Source: an uncultured cyanobacterium
Lineage (GTDB): Bacteria > Cyanobacteriota > Cyanobacteriia > Cyanobacteriales > Microcystaceae
Length of the DNA: 64,000 bases
Assembly: GCA_963807635.1 (NCBI GenBank)
Contig: CAWEDJ010000040.1
Location: forward strand, 1 to 64,000
Reading direction: 5' to 3'
Part shown: positions 10,735 through 22,556 of the stretch, piece by piece
Numbering within the stretch: the first letter of the stretch is position 1
Layout of the letters: each line of letters begins with the position of its first letter
Position numbers and translations under genes: made by a program
Notes under the pieces: generated by a model
The model's database searches: none
What the model saw: the letters and a program-made list of their open reading frames with translations, nothing else
Told to the model about the DNA's origin: nothing

Positions 10735-11166
10735 TTAAGCCTTATCTTGATAACCCATGCCATTGGCTTCTGCGTAACGATTCATGAAACGCATAAACCG
10801 TTCCCAATGGTCATCTTCATAGATTTCAAAGCCGCATTTAACCCCCTTTAGATCATCTCCATCATCTCCTCCGAAAATAAACTTTAAAGAAGAGGGTTCC
10901 GCACTGATTTCACCCTCAGAATCCTTAAGACGGATTGAGCCATGAAATTCGTTAGTAAAACTCTGGAATTTTTTGATCGCTTTCAGATTTTGGAAGGTAA
11001 ATAAAACCGTGCGATCACCTGTTTGTTTATTTTTCCGTAAACTCACATTACTTAAGGTTTCGGGTAATCCCGCAAAAAATTCGATAGTCGGTTCAATGCT
11101 TGGTTCAATGATTGTTTCAATGGCTGGTTCAATGGTTTCTTCAACGGAAGGAGTTGTATCTGACAT
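10735..11166 (-). CDS. psb28-2: Photosystem II assembly protein Psb28-2
   Basis: IEFFAGLPETLSNVSLR...WERFMRFMNRYAEANGM. Confidence 0.85.
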   Translation of the reverse strand: MSDTTPSVEETIEPAIETIIEPSIEPTIEFFAGLPETLSNVSLRKNKQTGDRTVLFTFQNLKAIKKFQSFTNEFHGSIRLKDSEGEISAEPSSLKFIFGGDDGDDLKGVKCGFEIYEDDHWERFMRFMNRYAEANGMGYQDKA

Positions 11167-11244
11167 GATAAAAACCTCAATTTATACAAGTTGATTAAAA
11201 GTTTTAAGAAAAAATTATAAAAAAAAGTGATTACATTACCAAAA

Positions 11245-11356
11245 TGTAGGGGCGTATTGCGTACACCCTTGGATTAATCTATCGATTAATTAACGTTTTT
11301 TGGGTACAATCCCCCCGATCAACTAAAGATTTTGGGCGCAAGCCTTGCGCCCCTAC
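11245..11356. repeat. Inverted pair of GTAG-type REP palindromes (REPIN-like)
   Basis: TGTAGGGGCGTATTGCGTACACCC facing GGGCGCAAGCCTTGCGCCCCTAC, intergenic. Confidence 0.65.
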
Positions 11357-11491
11357 GGTTGAATAAATATATATTTGTTTGACAATTTTTAAAAGCTAAT
11401 TAGAAAGAAATAATTTAAAAATTATTCTGATAATTTGAGATGAAGAATGAAGAAAAATTTCTCTCTCCATTCTGTCTCAATTAGGGAAAAA

Positions 11492-11602
11492 TTACTCTTC
11501 GCCGCCTTGTAATTTGAGGATCAACAATCCCCAGGCTAAACCCACCAAAGTGAGAACGATAAGAAGGATTGCACCGTTAAATAACATACTTTCTGCGGTC
11601 AT
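11492..11602 (-). CDS. petM: Cytochrome b6f subunit PetM (36 aa, not in the ORF track)
   Basis: Manual translation [44 protein letters not shown] upstream. Confidence 0.9.
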   Translation of the reverse strand: MTAESMLFNGAILLIVLTLVGLAWGLLILKLQGGEE

Positions 11603-11741
11603 GTTTATGTCTCCTGGAATAAGAAATTAAGGTTTTTAGGTAAAAAATTGAAGAAGGATTATTTTTCGATGGTGAGTTTATTAACGGTTGAGGATAACCA
11701 TTATTGCTATTGTAGAACAACTAGGCTCTCCAAATCTGACT

Positions 11742-12779
11742 ATGGCTCCATCCCTTCCTCGTCTTGCTCTCACCCTGGGCGATCCCTCTGGCATCGGTAC
11801 AGAAGTTATTCTCAAAGCGTTGGCGGATTCCGCGATCGCCCAATTGGCTCACCTTACCCTCGTCGGTACACGATCGCTGTTAAACCGTTCCTATCTCAGG
11901 CTCAAACAACAGGGGCTAGAGGTTGCTGATCCTGAAAAATTCTCCCTTTTGGAAGTTAGTTTAGACAAAAATACGGAAGCTCAACTCCAATTAGGCCAGG
12001 GGAATGGGGCCAGTGGTGCGGCTAGTTTTGCCTATCTAGAGACCGCGATCGCCCAAACCTTGGCGGGAAATTTTCAGGGAATTGTCACGGCTCCGATCGC
12101 TAAATCAGCTTGGAAAATGGCGGGTTATGATTTCCCTGGACAGACAGAAGTTTTAGCAGAACGTTCTCAGATCAAAAAATTCGGGATGCTTTTTGTGGCG
12201 CGATCACCTTATACAGGTTGGACAATGCGTACCCTGTTAGCAACCACCCATATTCCCCTAAATCAAGTTTCGGCAACCCTTACGCCTGAGTTGATGAGTC
12301 TTAAACTAGAGTTATTGGTGCAAACTTTGCAAGATGATTTTGGTCTTGCCTATCCGACCATTGCGATCGCGGGTTTAAATCCCCACAGTGGCGAACAGGG
12401 ACAAATTGGCACAGAAGAACAGGATTGGTTAATGCCTTGGTTAGAGCAAGCCCGTCAACACTTTCCCAAGGTGAAATTGATTGGCCCCGTTCCCCCTGAT
12501 ACGCTCTGGGTTAAGCCTGGGCAAGCTTGGTTTAAGGATGGTAATATTCAATCAGCAGATGGTTATTTAGCTCTTTATCATGACCAGGGTTTGATTCCCG
12601 TAAAATTAATGGCTTTTGATCAAGCGATTAATACAACCATTGGTTTACCGTTTATTCGCACCTCTCCTGATCATGGCACTGCTTTTGATATTGCCGCTCA
12701 AGGAATTGCTAGGGCTGATAGTATGAAAGCCGCGATCGCATTGGCCGCAGAATTAGCCCAATCCCGATTTTGCAATTAA
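11742..12779 (+). CDS. pdxA: 4-hydroxythreonine-4-phosphate dehydrogenase
   Basis: [33 protein letters not shown]. Confidence 0.95.
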   Translation: MAPSLPRLALTLGDPSGIGTEVILKALADSAIAQLAHLTLVGTRSLLNRSYLRLKQQGLEVADPEKFSLLEVSLDKNTEAQLQLGQGNGASGAASFAYLETAIAQTLAGNFQGIVTAPIAKSAWKMAGYDFPGQTEVLAERSQIKKFGMLFVARSPYTGWTMRTLLATTHIPLNQVSATLTPELMSLKLELLVQTLQDDFGLAYPTIAIAGLNPHSGEQGQIGTEEQDWLMPWLEQARQHFPKVKLIGPVPPDTLWVKPGQAWFKDGNIQSADGYLALYHDQGLIPVKLMAFDQAINTTIGLPFIRTSPDHGTAFDIAAQGIARADSMKAAIALAAELAQSRFCN

Positions 12780-12828
12780 ATGAAAAAATATTAAAATACG
12801 TTTAAATCCATGACATGGAGATTGAAAT

Positions 12829-14390
12829 ATGCCCGTCAAAATTGCGATCGCTCAAATTCAAGTAGCCCCTGGTCAACGGCTGATATTGGAGAATATTAGC
12901 TGGCAAGAGTTTGAAGAGATTTTAGACGATTTAGGAGAACATCGTCATTCCCATATTGCCTATTACCGAGGAATTTTCGAATTTCGGATGCCATTACCAG
13001 GACATGAACGAGCTAAAGTCTTGATTGGAGACTTATTGAAAATCATCCTAGATGAACTAGGGCGTGTCATCAATTAGGGGGGTTGACATTAGTGGCAAAT
13101 AATGCGCAGAGTATGAAATGACACAATATACGTTGAAGAGAGGTGTGAATATGACGAGGCGTTATGCGTTGCGGGATGACCAATGGGAAAGAATCAAAGA
13201 GCTATTACCTGGAAAAGAGGGAGATGTGGGAGTAACAGCCAAAGATAATCGTTTGTTTGTTGAAGCCGTATTATATCGATATAGAGCGGGCATTCCTTGG
13301 AGAGACTTACCCGAAAGGTTTGGAGATTTTCGAGTGATTCACACGCGTTTTACGCGATGGACGAAATCAGGGGTGTGGGAAAAGGTATTCAAGCACTTAG
13401 CGCAGGACGCTGATAATGAATACGCAATGATAGATGCAACGATTGTGAGAGCGCATCAACACAGTGCAGGAGCAAAAAACAGTAGCGCAGAGGAAGAAGA
13501 TATAGGAAGGAGTACAGGAGGATTAAGTACGAAAATCCATGCCGTAGTAGACGCATTAGGGAATCCAGTCTCTTTTTTCCTAACGCCAGGTCAAGCGTGT
13601 GATTTAGACGGAGCCGATGTGCTATTGCCTGATGTAGAAGCAGAAGCGGTGCTAGGGGACAAAGCCTATGACGCAGACGATAGAGTCATTAAGGTTCTAG
13701 AAAAAAGAGGGATAGTGCCTGTGATACCCTCGAAAAGTAATCGAAAAGAACCTCGCCCTTATGATACATTTTTGTATAAAGCGCGTCATTTAGTCGAAAA
13801 CTTCTTTGCGAAACTCAAACAATATCGTGCGCTTGCGACTCGTTACGAGAAGCGCTCAGCCAATTTTCTAGGCGGCATCTATCTGGCCGCATCAGTTATA
13901 TGGTTAGCGTAGCCCAGTTTGAACAGCATAATTATTCACTAATGTCAAGTGTGTTAATTGATGACACGCTCTAGGTCTAGAATGGGAATCTTTGGGTTCA
14001 ACGACTTTTAAAAATCAAGCAATGCAAGCAGGAATTGAACCTGATGATTGTTTTTACATTCAGAATTATCAAACAATGATAGGGAAACAACGTCTCGATC
14101 TGACAGTTGATCCTGTTCCTGATTTAGCGATCGAAGTAGATTTTACATCCCTTGCTCAGGTTAGTGCTTATCAAGCGTTAGGGGTCTCTGAAATCTGGTG
14201 TTATAAAAAAGGAAAGTTAGAAATTAGTGTCCTAGAAAATGGTCAATATGTGAATGCCTTAACGAGTAAAGTGTTTCCTGATTTACCTGTGCTTGAAGGA
14301 ATTTCTCTCTTTCTGGAAAAAAGTGGAGAAGTGCCGATGAGTGCATTGCGACGAGAATTTCGTCAATGGTTAAGGGATTATCTGGTATAA
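12829..14390 (+). pseudogene. Uma2-family endonuclease interrupted by IS5
   Basis: Removing 13060-13971 plus one TA restores ILDEL-GLEWESLGSTTFK..GIEPDDCFYIQ..PDLAIEVD. Confidence 0.9.
13060..13971 (+). mobile_element. IS5-family element (IS427-like), copy 1; transposase 13118-13912
   Basis: TIRs GGGCGTGTCATCAATTA / TAATTGATGACACGCTC; TA duplication in CTAG; WRDLPERFG, IDAT..RAHQH, GDKAYD, ENFFAKLKQYR. Confidence 0.92.
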
Positions 14391-14490
14391 AACAGGATTA
14401 CATCGCATTTTATATACTTGAGAAACGCGTAAAGAAGAATTTTTTGTATTTATCGACAGTTTAAAATTAAAATAACTAAAAGTTTAACGT

Positions 14491-14790
14491 TTAACCGACG
14501 GGATTAGTCCTAGCTTGTCGAACCATCGCAATAAGGGTTTGATGGGCATCTTCGGAATCCGTTAGAGTATGATCAAATTCAATTCGCAATGTATCTTTTT
14601 TTTCCTGAATTTGAATCGATAAATTCATTCCCTGGGCATCAATAGATAACATTTGAGCCGTTTCTGTTTCAGGTTGATTGCCATAGACCTTGGCGTAAAG
14701 CGCGATCGCTTCGGCGTGGTCTTCGTTCATGTGTTTACAAATGCGATCGCTGATAGCGGGAGTGAGGAGGTCAGCCATAGATTTTGACAA
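14491..14790 (-). CDS. DUF2470 domain protein (heme/GluTR-binding-like)
   Basis: SDRICKHMNEDH..AHQTLIAM. Confidence 0.8.
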   Translation of the reverse strand: MSKSMADLLTPAISDRICKHMNEDHAEAIALYAKVYGNQPETETAQMLSIDAQGMNLSIQIQEKKDTLRIEFDHTLTDSEDAHQTLIAMVRQARTNPVG

Positions 14791-14996
14791 TATAAATTTT
14801 TACACTATAAAAAATTGCGATACCCATTAATATAACAGCCCTGGGGGAGAAAATTCGGCAATACAGAAGAAAGCGTGCAAGGAAACTCAGATTAGATTAG
14901 GATAGACTTAGGGCAATTTGTGGATTGGATAGTTAAACTTCCATTTAAAAATCATCCCAAAAACCTATAAAAATAATCGCGATTGGCAGAACATCA

Positions 14997-15224
14997 ATGC
15001 AGAAACGACCTTCTTTTGATTCTTCTCAAGTTATGTACCGTTCCGAAGACCTCCTAAGAGCGGCTTCTAATCGTTACCACATAACGGTTTTGGTGGCTAA
15101 TCGAGCTAAACGTCGTCGTTATGAAGATCTGGACAGCATTGATGATCCGATGATGAAACCCACGATCCGCGCCATTATCGAAATGTCCGATGAACTCACC
15201 CAGCCCGAAATTATTAGTGATTAA
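14997..15224 (+). CDS. rpoZ: RNA polymerase omega subunit
   Basis: [33 protein letters not shown]. Confidence 0.92.
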   Translation: MQKRPSFDSSQVMYRSEDLLRAASNRYHITVLVANRAKRRRYEDLDSIDDPMMKPTIRAIIEMSDELTQPEIISD

Positions 15225-15269
15225 AAGTGGGCGTTAGCATAGGACAAATCTAAGCAAAAACTAGCAATC

Positions 15270-15929
15270 ATGACCTTTCAATCTAAAACTCAAAAAATTA
15301 TAGAGGTTCTGCTTGGTCAAAAGCAAAATTTAACGAGCAGGATTCTATCGTTTTTTTTGTTAGCCCTGCTTGGTCTAAGTTTAGTTTTGGGGTTAGGAAC
15401 CCATCATAATTCCTCCGCGATCGCCCAAAATCCGCCCACCGTTCCTAATACCTCTTCAATTCGGGCAGAAGGAGCCGCCGCGATTGTTTATCAACAACTG
15501 CCGTACTTGCCCAAGGAAAACGAGTATCGTCGCAAGGAAACAGGAGAAATCGACCCCGAACATACCCTAATTAGTCGATTTATTCGTTATAATCAGGATT
15601 TAAAAAAGCGGACAAATCGCTATCGTTTTGACTGGAAACTCACCCTAGCGGATTATTTAGGGGTGAATGAAACGATTGATCCCCAAACCTATCCTGGGAG
15701 TGTCACCCTCGCCACCAATCCCTTTGAAACTGACGCTAAGGCCATTCAGGCATTAAATCGTCGTCAACGTCAAGAATTAGTGGATTTATTAGCTTTTATT
15801 TATAAACCTCAAGCCACAGAAAAACCTGCTAAAACCAAGATTTCCCCGACACCCCAATCCACTCCCAAGGATGAGTCAGGCAAGCCTTCTCTCGCTAAGC
15901 CTGGGGATGCTCAACTATTAATGCCTTAG
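15270..15929 (+). CDS. Conserved cyanobacterial exported hypothetical protein
   Basis: Hydrophobic N-terminal segment; YQQLPYLPKEN, RFDWKLTLADYLG; in the rpoZ-DUF1818 gene cluster. Confidence 0.7.
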   Translation: MTFQSKTQKIIEVLLGQKQNLTSRILSFFLLALLGLSLVLGLGTHHNSSAIAQNPPTVPNTSSIRAEGAAAIVYQQLPYLPKENEYRRKETGEIDPEHTLISRFIRYNQDLKKRTNRYRFDWKLTLADYLGVNETIDPQTYPGSVTLATNPFETDAKAIQALNRRQRQELVDLLAFIYKPQATEKPAKTKISPTPQSTPKDESGKPSLAKPGDAQLLMP

Positions 15930-16046
15930 TGTCTTTATTTATTCGCGCAGGTAGAAAATGGTATGAAAAGGTGTAAAACAAGAGAATGAAAAAGATTGGA
16001 AAGGATTCTAGTGATGAGTATAGCCGAGCGAGAAAAACAAATCCTG
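15926..16046 (+). mobile_element. Truncated extra left end of the IS256-family element
   Basis: ~121 bp nearly identical to 16048-16167 (one SNP, GAATG vs GAATA). Confidence 0.85.
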
Positions 16047-17429
16047 GTTAGTGTCTTTATTTATTCGCGCAGGTAGAAAATGGTATGAAAAGGTGTAAAA
16101 CAAGAGAATAAAAAAGATTGGAAAGGATTCTAGTGATGAGTATAGCCGAGCGAGAAAAACAAATCCTGCGTGTGAGACAGCAAGGTTTTCATCCTCAACT
16201 AAACGAAGCTTTAACCTCAAAGTTAAAGACAGAAGTGGTGGATACGGTCAAAACGGTTTTAGAAAGTGCCTTGAAGGAAGAAGTGACAGAATTTATCAAG
16301 GCAAGAGAGAAAAAAACGTATCGCTCTGGGTACTATTATCGTGGAGTAAACACTCAATATGGACAGATAAGTGATTTAGCCGTCCCCAAATTAAGAGAGG
16401 GGAATAAAGAAAGAGAATGGCAGATTTTAGAAAGATATCAGCGAAGTCTGGGAAATTTATTGGATTGGATGTGTGTTCTCTATGTGATGGGGCTATCCTT
16501 ACGAGATTTGCAGGAGGCTTTATATTTGATATTAGGAAAAGTACTATCGGTAAGTGCGGTGAACCAGATTACTCTTAATGTTCAGAAACAACTAGAAAGT
16601 AAAAGACAGGTTCCTCTGGTCAGAATCCCCAAGATGATTTTAGTGGATGGAGTCTGGGTAGAGATTCAGTACACAATGGCTGGGGAGTTCAAAGAAGACG
16701 AATCGGGACATTTAAGGCAATGTCGGCAAGTAGAAAAGCGTGTGGTGTTGGCAGTAATGGCAATCTGGGAAGATGGTTCGCAGGAATTAATCCACTACGA
16801 AGTAGCTGAAACGGAGAGTGAAGCCGCTTGGACAAAGGTATTTGAGAGCTTGATAAGACGGGGACTAAACCCGAATCATCTCGAATTACTAGGCAGTGAC
16901 GGTAGTTTGGGATTACCCTCCGCCATGAAGAAATGTTTCCCTTTGGCTCAACAACAACTCTGTATTACTCACAAAATTAGAGGAATTGAGCGTCACCTTA
17001 ACTATTACCATCTACCTTCGGTAACTGCTGCTGGCTGCTCTCTGAAACAGAAAGAGGCACGAAAACAACGTTCCTTCGAGAGCACTTCTGATGCTTACAA
17101 GATTTATCAAGCCCCTCAAGTCTCCGATGCTCAATCACTTTTAAAAGCCTTTGAGGAGAAATGGCAACCGATTGAACCAGATGCAGTTCGTACCTTTCTC
17201 AAAGATATTGAGTTGACCTTCACCTTCTACCAATTTGATGACTCTTTGCACCGGCATCTTCGCACGACTAACCATCTCGAACGCCTATTTCGAGAGTTTC
17301 GCACTAAGTCTGATGAAATTGGGGCTTTTCCTAACGAAACTAGTTGTCTAGCTCTCTTTTGGCTTGTTGTCGAGCGTGACCATGCTAAACATGACCGTAG
17401 AAACTACGCGAATAATTCATGACACTAAC
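16047..17429 (+). mobile_element. IS256 (Mutator)-family element, copy 1; transposase 16118-17422
   Basis: TIRs GTTAGTGTC..TTATTCGCG / CGCGAATAA..GACACTAAC; ATTAATGC(C) repeated outside the composite element; VPKLR, LVDGVW, SDG, RTTNHLER motifs. Confidence 0.88.
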
Positions 17430-17443
17430 ATTAATGCCTTAGT

Positions 17444-17812
17444 ATGGAAAATCGGGTATTCAAAGAAGCAGACGGTTGGCGCATCGGGTTTAATCCTAAT
17501 CCTGCAACTTACCAAGGATTGATCGGGGGTCAGGATTGGGCGATCGAATTGACCTTGGCGGAATGGCAAGATTTTTGTCGATTGGTCAGTCAATTAAGCG
17601 AAACAATGCAAGCGATCGCCGCTGAATTGATGGACGAAGAAAAAATCACCTGTGAAGCGGAAAGTGAGCTAATGTGGCTAGAAGTGACGGGTTATCCCCA
17701 ATCCTATTCTCTACGGTTTATTTTGAATCAGGGACGTTGTTGTGAAGGGCAATGGCCGCATGGAGTTGTGCAAGATTTCATTCAATCTTTACAAACCCTG
17801 ACTTTTTTTTAG
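17444..17812 (+). CDS. DUF1818 family protein
   Basis: GWRIGF..GLIGGQDWAIELT..ELMDEE..LWLEV-like motifs. Confidence 0.85.
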   Translation: MENRVFKEADGWRIGFNPNPATYQGLIGGQDWAIELTLAEWQDFCRLVSQLSETMQAIAAELMDEEKITCEAESELMWLEVTGYPQSYSLRFILNQGRCCEGQWPHGVVQDFIQSLQTLTFF

Positions 17813-17834
17813 TTTTAGAAGAGTGTTGAAAACC

Positions 17835-17903
17835 TGTACAGTAACTAATTATTTGTCATTGTAACGAACTCGTGTCATCGAAACAACAAAGCTCTAAAAC
17901 TTT
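17835..17903 (+). mobile_element. Orphan Tn7-like/V-K CAST terminal end, truncated by ISNCY
   Basis: TGTACAG terminus followed by two TnsB-site-like repeats, TAACTAATTATTTGTCA and TAACGAACTCGTGTCA. Confidence 0.75.
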
Positions 17904-20707
17904 CAGCAATTCCAAATTCAAATGGTATAAACAAAAACAGAATGGTATTCGCATTTAGGGGTCTATGAACAAGAAGAGAAACTTTTGCTGGTTTTGTAGA
18001 GTGTGAAATGAAAGTAACCGACCTAAGTTTTGATGGAATCATGGAGTGTTTAAACGAGGTTATCGCAAAAATAGATGACCCGCGCTCAGCGAGTAACGCA
18101 ACGAAATATAGTCTAAGAGAGGCGATACTGGGTGCATTTGCCGCCTTTTTTACGCAAAATGAGTCATTTTTAGAGTACCAACGTCAAATCAACAGTCGTT
18201 GTGGGCGAGATAATGCTCAAAGTTTGTTTGGACTAAACAAAATACCGACAGTAGAGCAGATTCGTAATATTGTGGATGGGATAACTGAGGTGGCCCCAAT
18301 AGGCTGAACAAAAATAGCGGGGAGTGAAGCTCTGAAGTTAACGGACTCCCTAACTAAAAACGTTCTCTCAAGTCAAATTCAAACTTTGACCGTAGACTTG
18401 CTCTGGCGTTTGATATTCTAAGGCTTGATGGAAACGTTCCTTATTATAGAAATTAAACCATTTCTTTACCTCTTCTGTCAAGTGTTTTCCATCCTCAAAG
18501 GAATAAATATAAATTAATTCGTATTTCAGAGAACGCCACAATCTTTCAATAAAAATATTGTCGTAGCAACGTCCTCTTCCATCCATACTAATTTTGATGT
18601 TTTCTTGCTTTAAACATCCTGTAAATTCCTTTGAAGTAAATTGGCTTCCTTGATCACTATTAAAGATGTCTGGTTTGCCATAAATTAATAATGCTTCCTC
18701 CAAAGCTGACTTACAAAAATAAACATCCATCGTGTTACTCATCCTCCATGATAAGACTTTACGGCTAAACCAATCCATAATGGCGACTAGATAAAAGTGT
18801 CCTTTTCCTATTGGCAAATAGGTGATGTCGGTACACCACACTTGATTGGCTTTTTCAATGCTTAACTCTCGTAATAAGTAAGGATAAATTTGATGCTCAG
18901 GGTTTCGTATTGTTGTTCGTTTCTTTGGGTAAATTGCTTGTATCCCCAATTGATTCATCAATCGTATCACTCTTTTTCGATTTACCTCATAACCCAACGT
19001 ATTGAGGTATACTGTCATTTTTCTACTCCCATAAAATGGTGTTTTCATATATTGCTCATCCAACAGTCTCAATAGCGTTAATTCTTCGGAACTTATTTCC
19101 TTCGGTTCGTAATAATAACTCGAACGACTTATTCCTAATAATTCACATTGACGTTGGATACACAATTCAGGATGCTTGGGGTCTACCAAGGTTTTTCGGT
19201 CGGCAGCCCCAATTGTACCGACCTGTCTACTAAAAAATCTCGCTCGACTTTTAGCTTTCCTATTTGTCGATATAGTTCATCTATCTGGGTTTCAGCTTTT
19301 TCTTTGATTTCTTTTCCTTGTTTTTCTGTCTCAAAGATTTGACTAGCTTCTTCCAATATTTTTCTTTTCCATCCATTAATCATTGTTGGATGAATTTCAT
19401 ATTGACTGGCTAATTCAGATACCGTTTTTTCTCCTCGAATTGCTTCTAAGGCGACTTTGGCTTTGAACTGGGCACCGTACTGTTTTTTCTTGTTGCTCAT
19501 AGATCTCCTGGGTTTCGATTTAGAGCTTACACTACTGTCCAGTTTTGGGGGGCCACTTCAAACAGCGAGCAGTCTATTCCCATTGTTTGGGTTGATTTAC
19601 CAAGCATTGAGAAACATGGGATTCCTAAAATCTTATGAGATATTGGGGGGAAATCTATTAGTGGCGATGGATGGAACAAATTATCACAGTTCAGGGAAAG
19701 TCAATTGTCCATGCTGTTCAACCAAAACGTCAAAACAGGGAAAAGTCACCTACTTTCATCAAGCATTATTACCAGTGATTGTTTCCCCAGACCATGAATC
19801 AGTTTTCTCCTTAGCTCCTGAATTTATCACTCCTCAAGACGGGTCGGAAAAACAGGATTGCGAGCAAAATGCGGCAAAACGCTGGATAAGTAATCATGCC
19901 AGTTTGTTTGCATGGCAGAAGATAACGCTACTAGGGGATGACTTGTTCAGTCGTCAGCCGACTTGTCAGCATAGTCTAGACCACGACTTCAACTTTATCT
20001 TCGTCTGTTTGCCGACTTCTCATCCCACACTTTATGAGTGGTTAGCCTATTTAGAAGCCAACGGGGAACTCAAAACTACTCAACACCGACGCTGGAATGG
20101 GAAGTATTTTGAGATTTGGCAATGTCGTTATCTCAATCAAATCCCCCTGCGAGAGCAACAGCCTGCTTTGTTGGTTAACTGGTGTGAACTAAAAGTCTAC
20201 CGCGAATCCGATGCTCAACTCCTCCATCACAATAGTTGGATTACCAACCATTTTCTCACCCCTCAAGTCGTTCTTGATGTCTGTCGTGCTGGACGGACTC
20301 GTTGGCGCACGGAGAATGAGAATCACAATATTCTCAAAAATCGGGGCTATCATTTAGAACATAATTTTGGGCATGGAAAACAACACCTTGCCTCCGTTTT
20401 GCTCACTCTCAATCTACTGGCTTTTCTCTTCCACACGGTTTTGGGTTTGGTTGATGAACGTTACCAGAGGATTCGCGTCCAACGCTGTACTCGTAAGGGA
20501 TTCTTCCAAGACTTTCTTTCTTTAACCAAATATCTACTCTTTGAAAGCTGGCATCATCTTTTAGATTTTATGCTTGATGACCCCCTTTCTCCTGCTGCTT
20601 CCAATTCTTCTTAATTTCTTACTTGGAAATCTTCAAGGTAAAACCCTTGCCAGTAAAAAGCTTGAGTTTTTTTTGTCTTTAGCTACATTCTGAATTTGGA
20701 ATTGCTG
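17904..20707 (+). mobile_element. ISNCY-type element whose transposase (18008-20614) is interrupted by IS3
   Basis: TIRs CAGCAATTCCAAATTCA / TGAATTTGGAATTGCTG; removing IS3 restores VDGIT-ASSLFP; AMDGT, LGDDL, RWRTENE motifs. Confidence 0.8.
18286..19560 (-). mobile_element. IS3-family element; orfA 19183-19500, orfB 18368-19189
   Basis: TG...CA ends with TGAgGTGGCCCC inverted repeats; 3-bp TSD AAC; FKAKVALEA HTH; WCTDITY, NSDQGSQF, DNIFIERLWRSLKYE. Confidence 0.93.
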
Positions 20708-21605
20708 GTCATCAATTAATACACTTGACATTAGTGGATAATTATGCTGTTCAAGCTGGGCTACGCTAACGATATAACTAAAAATGATGCCGCCTAGAAA
20801 ATTGGCTGAGCGCTTGTCGTAACGAGTCGCAAGCGCACGATATTGTTTGAGTTTCGCAAAGAAGTTTTCGACTAAATGACGCGCTTTATACAAAAATGTA
20901 TCATAAGGGCGAGGTTCTTTTCGATTACTTTTCGAGGGTATCACAGGCACTATCCCTCTTTTTTCTAGAACCTTAATGACTCTATCGTCTGCGTCATAGG
21001 CTTTGTCCCCTAGCACCGCTTCTGCTTCTACATCAGGCAATAGCACATCGGCTCCGTCTAAATCACACGCTTGACCTGGCGTTAGGAAAAAAGAGACTGG
21101 ATTCCCTAATGCGTCCACTACGGCATGGATTTTCGTACTTAATCCTCCTGTACTCCTTCCTATATCTTCTTCCTCTGCGCTACTGTTTTTTGCTCCTGCG
21201 CTGTGTTGATGCGCTCTCACAATCGTTGCATCTATCATTGCGTATTCATTATCAGCATCCTGCGCTAAGTGCTTGAATACCTTTTCCCACACCCCTGATT
21301 TCGTCCATCGCGTAAAACGCGTGTGAATCACTCGAAAATCTCCAAACCTTTCGGGTAAGTCTCTCCAAGGAATGCCCGCTCTATATCGATATAATACGGC
21401 TTCAACAAACAAACGATTATCTTTGGCTGTTACTCCCACATCTCCCTCTTTTCCAGGTAATAGCTCTTTGATTCTTTCCCATTGGTCATCCCGCAACGCA
21501 TAACGCCTCGTCATATTCACACCTCTCTTCAACGTATATTGTGTCATTTCATACTCTGCGCATTATTTGCCACTAATGTCAACCCCCCTAATTGATGACA
21601 CGCCC
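20708..21605 (-). mobile_element. IS5-family element, copy 2 (outer 6 bp of one TIR lost; transposase 3' end altered)
   Basis: Near-identical to 13060-13971; TIR begins GTCATCAATTA directly after the ISNCY end; a 3' indel extends the ORF to 20633. Confidence 0.9.
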
Positions 21606-21607
21606 TA

Positions 21608-22440
21608 AAATATTCTTAATAATTTATTAGCTACATTTTCTACAAGTGAGAATCTGGGCATTGGTTTAAAAGCTCATTGTATTAAAATATGGTCAAACAC
21701 TCTTACTATTCTCTCTTATGTTGAACTTAATGACGATTCTACAAATAAACTTTATAAGTGTCTAATTAACTCTTTGGATACTCCACAGTGGTTTAACTTA
21801 TCTGAGTCTATAAACAGATTTATCGTTTATCAAGTAAATAGGTATAGAAACAGCCCATCTGTTGAACATTTAGTAATTTTATGTGAACGACAGATTGAAA
21901 AATTAAATCAAAGTAATAATATTTCAATCAAAGAAGATGGAAGTCTATTTGCAAATCTTATACATTTAATTAAAGAGTCAAATACAGAAGGATCTAAAAA
22001 TTTACAATTATTTGCAAGTAAAAATGGTAAAGAGATAGAAATTTTTATTTTGAAAGTTTCAGAAATGCAACTTAATCAGAGACTTCGTGTAATTAATAAT
22101 TTTGTTTTTGTCATATATATGCTAATTGACGATGTAAATCTAAAAGAAAAGATTAAAAAATTGTTGATAGATACATATAACGAAATAAAAAGAGATGATG
22201 GATTTGAGAAGATATATATTTACGGTTTAGTTTTTTATGATTTGAAATTATTAGAGAAAGATGAGCTAACTTCTCTTTTAGAGAGACTAGAAAAAAGGTA
22301 TTCTATCCAGGACTTATATGTCCATTAAAGAACAACTGTTAAGACTTCCAGAAGATATTCTTAACGACTATAAAGAACTAATTGAAAATGTCATAAAGCT
22401 AAGTGATAGGACAGAAAAATTTTTTAACCTAAAAGAATAA
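21608..22440 (+). pseudogene. AT-rich C-terminal gene fragment, 5'-truncated by IS5 and frameshifted ~22325
   Basis: Open frame from the IS5 junction through 22328; an alternative frame continues IKEQLLRLPED..FFNLKE* to 22440; no recognisable motif. Confidence 0.5.
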
Positions 22441-22556
22441 ATTAGTATGGCATAGTAAGAGTTTTGTAACTTGATCAAATGCGATCGACTTTTTAGCTAA
22501 AAGATTATAATCTCAAAATAAGCTATTCAGTATTTTAGTTTACCCAAGGAAATATT

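Noticed and set aside
11080..11140. 12-bp tandem repeats in the psb28-2 N-terminus (IEPA/IETI/IEPS/IEPT)
   Set aside because: Low-complexity extension with no evidence of function.
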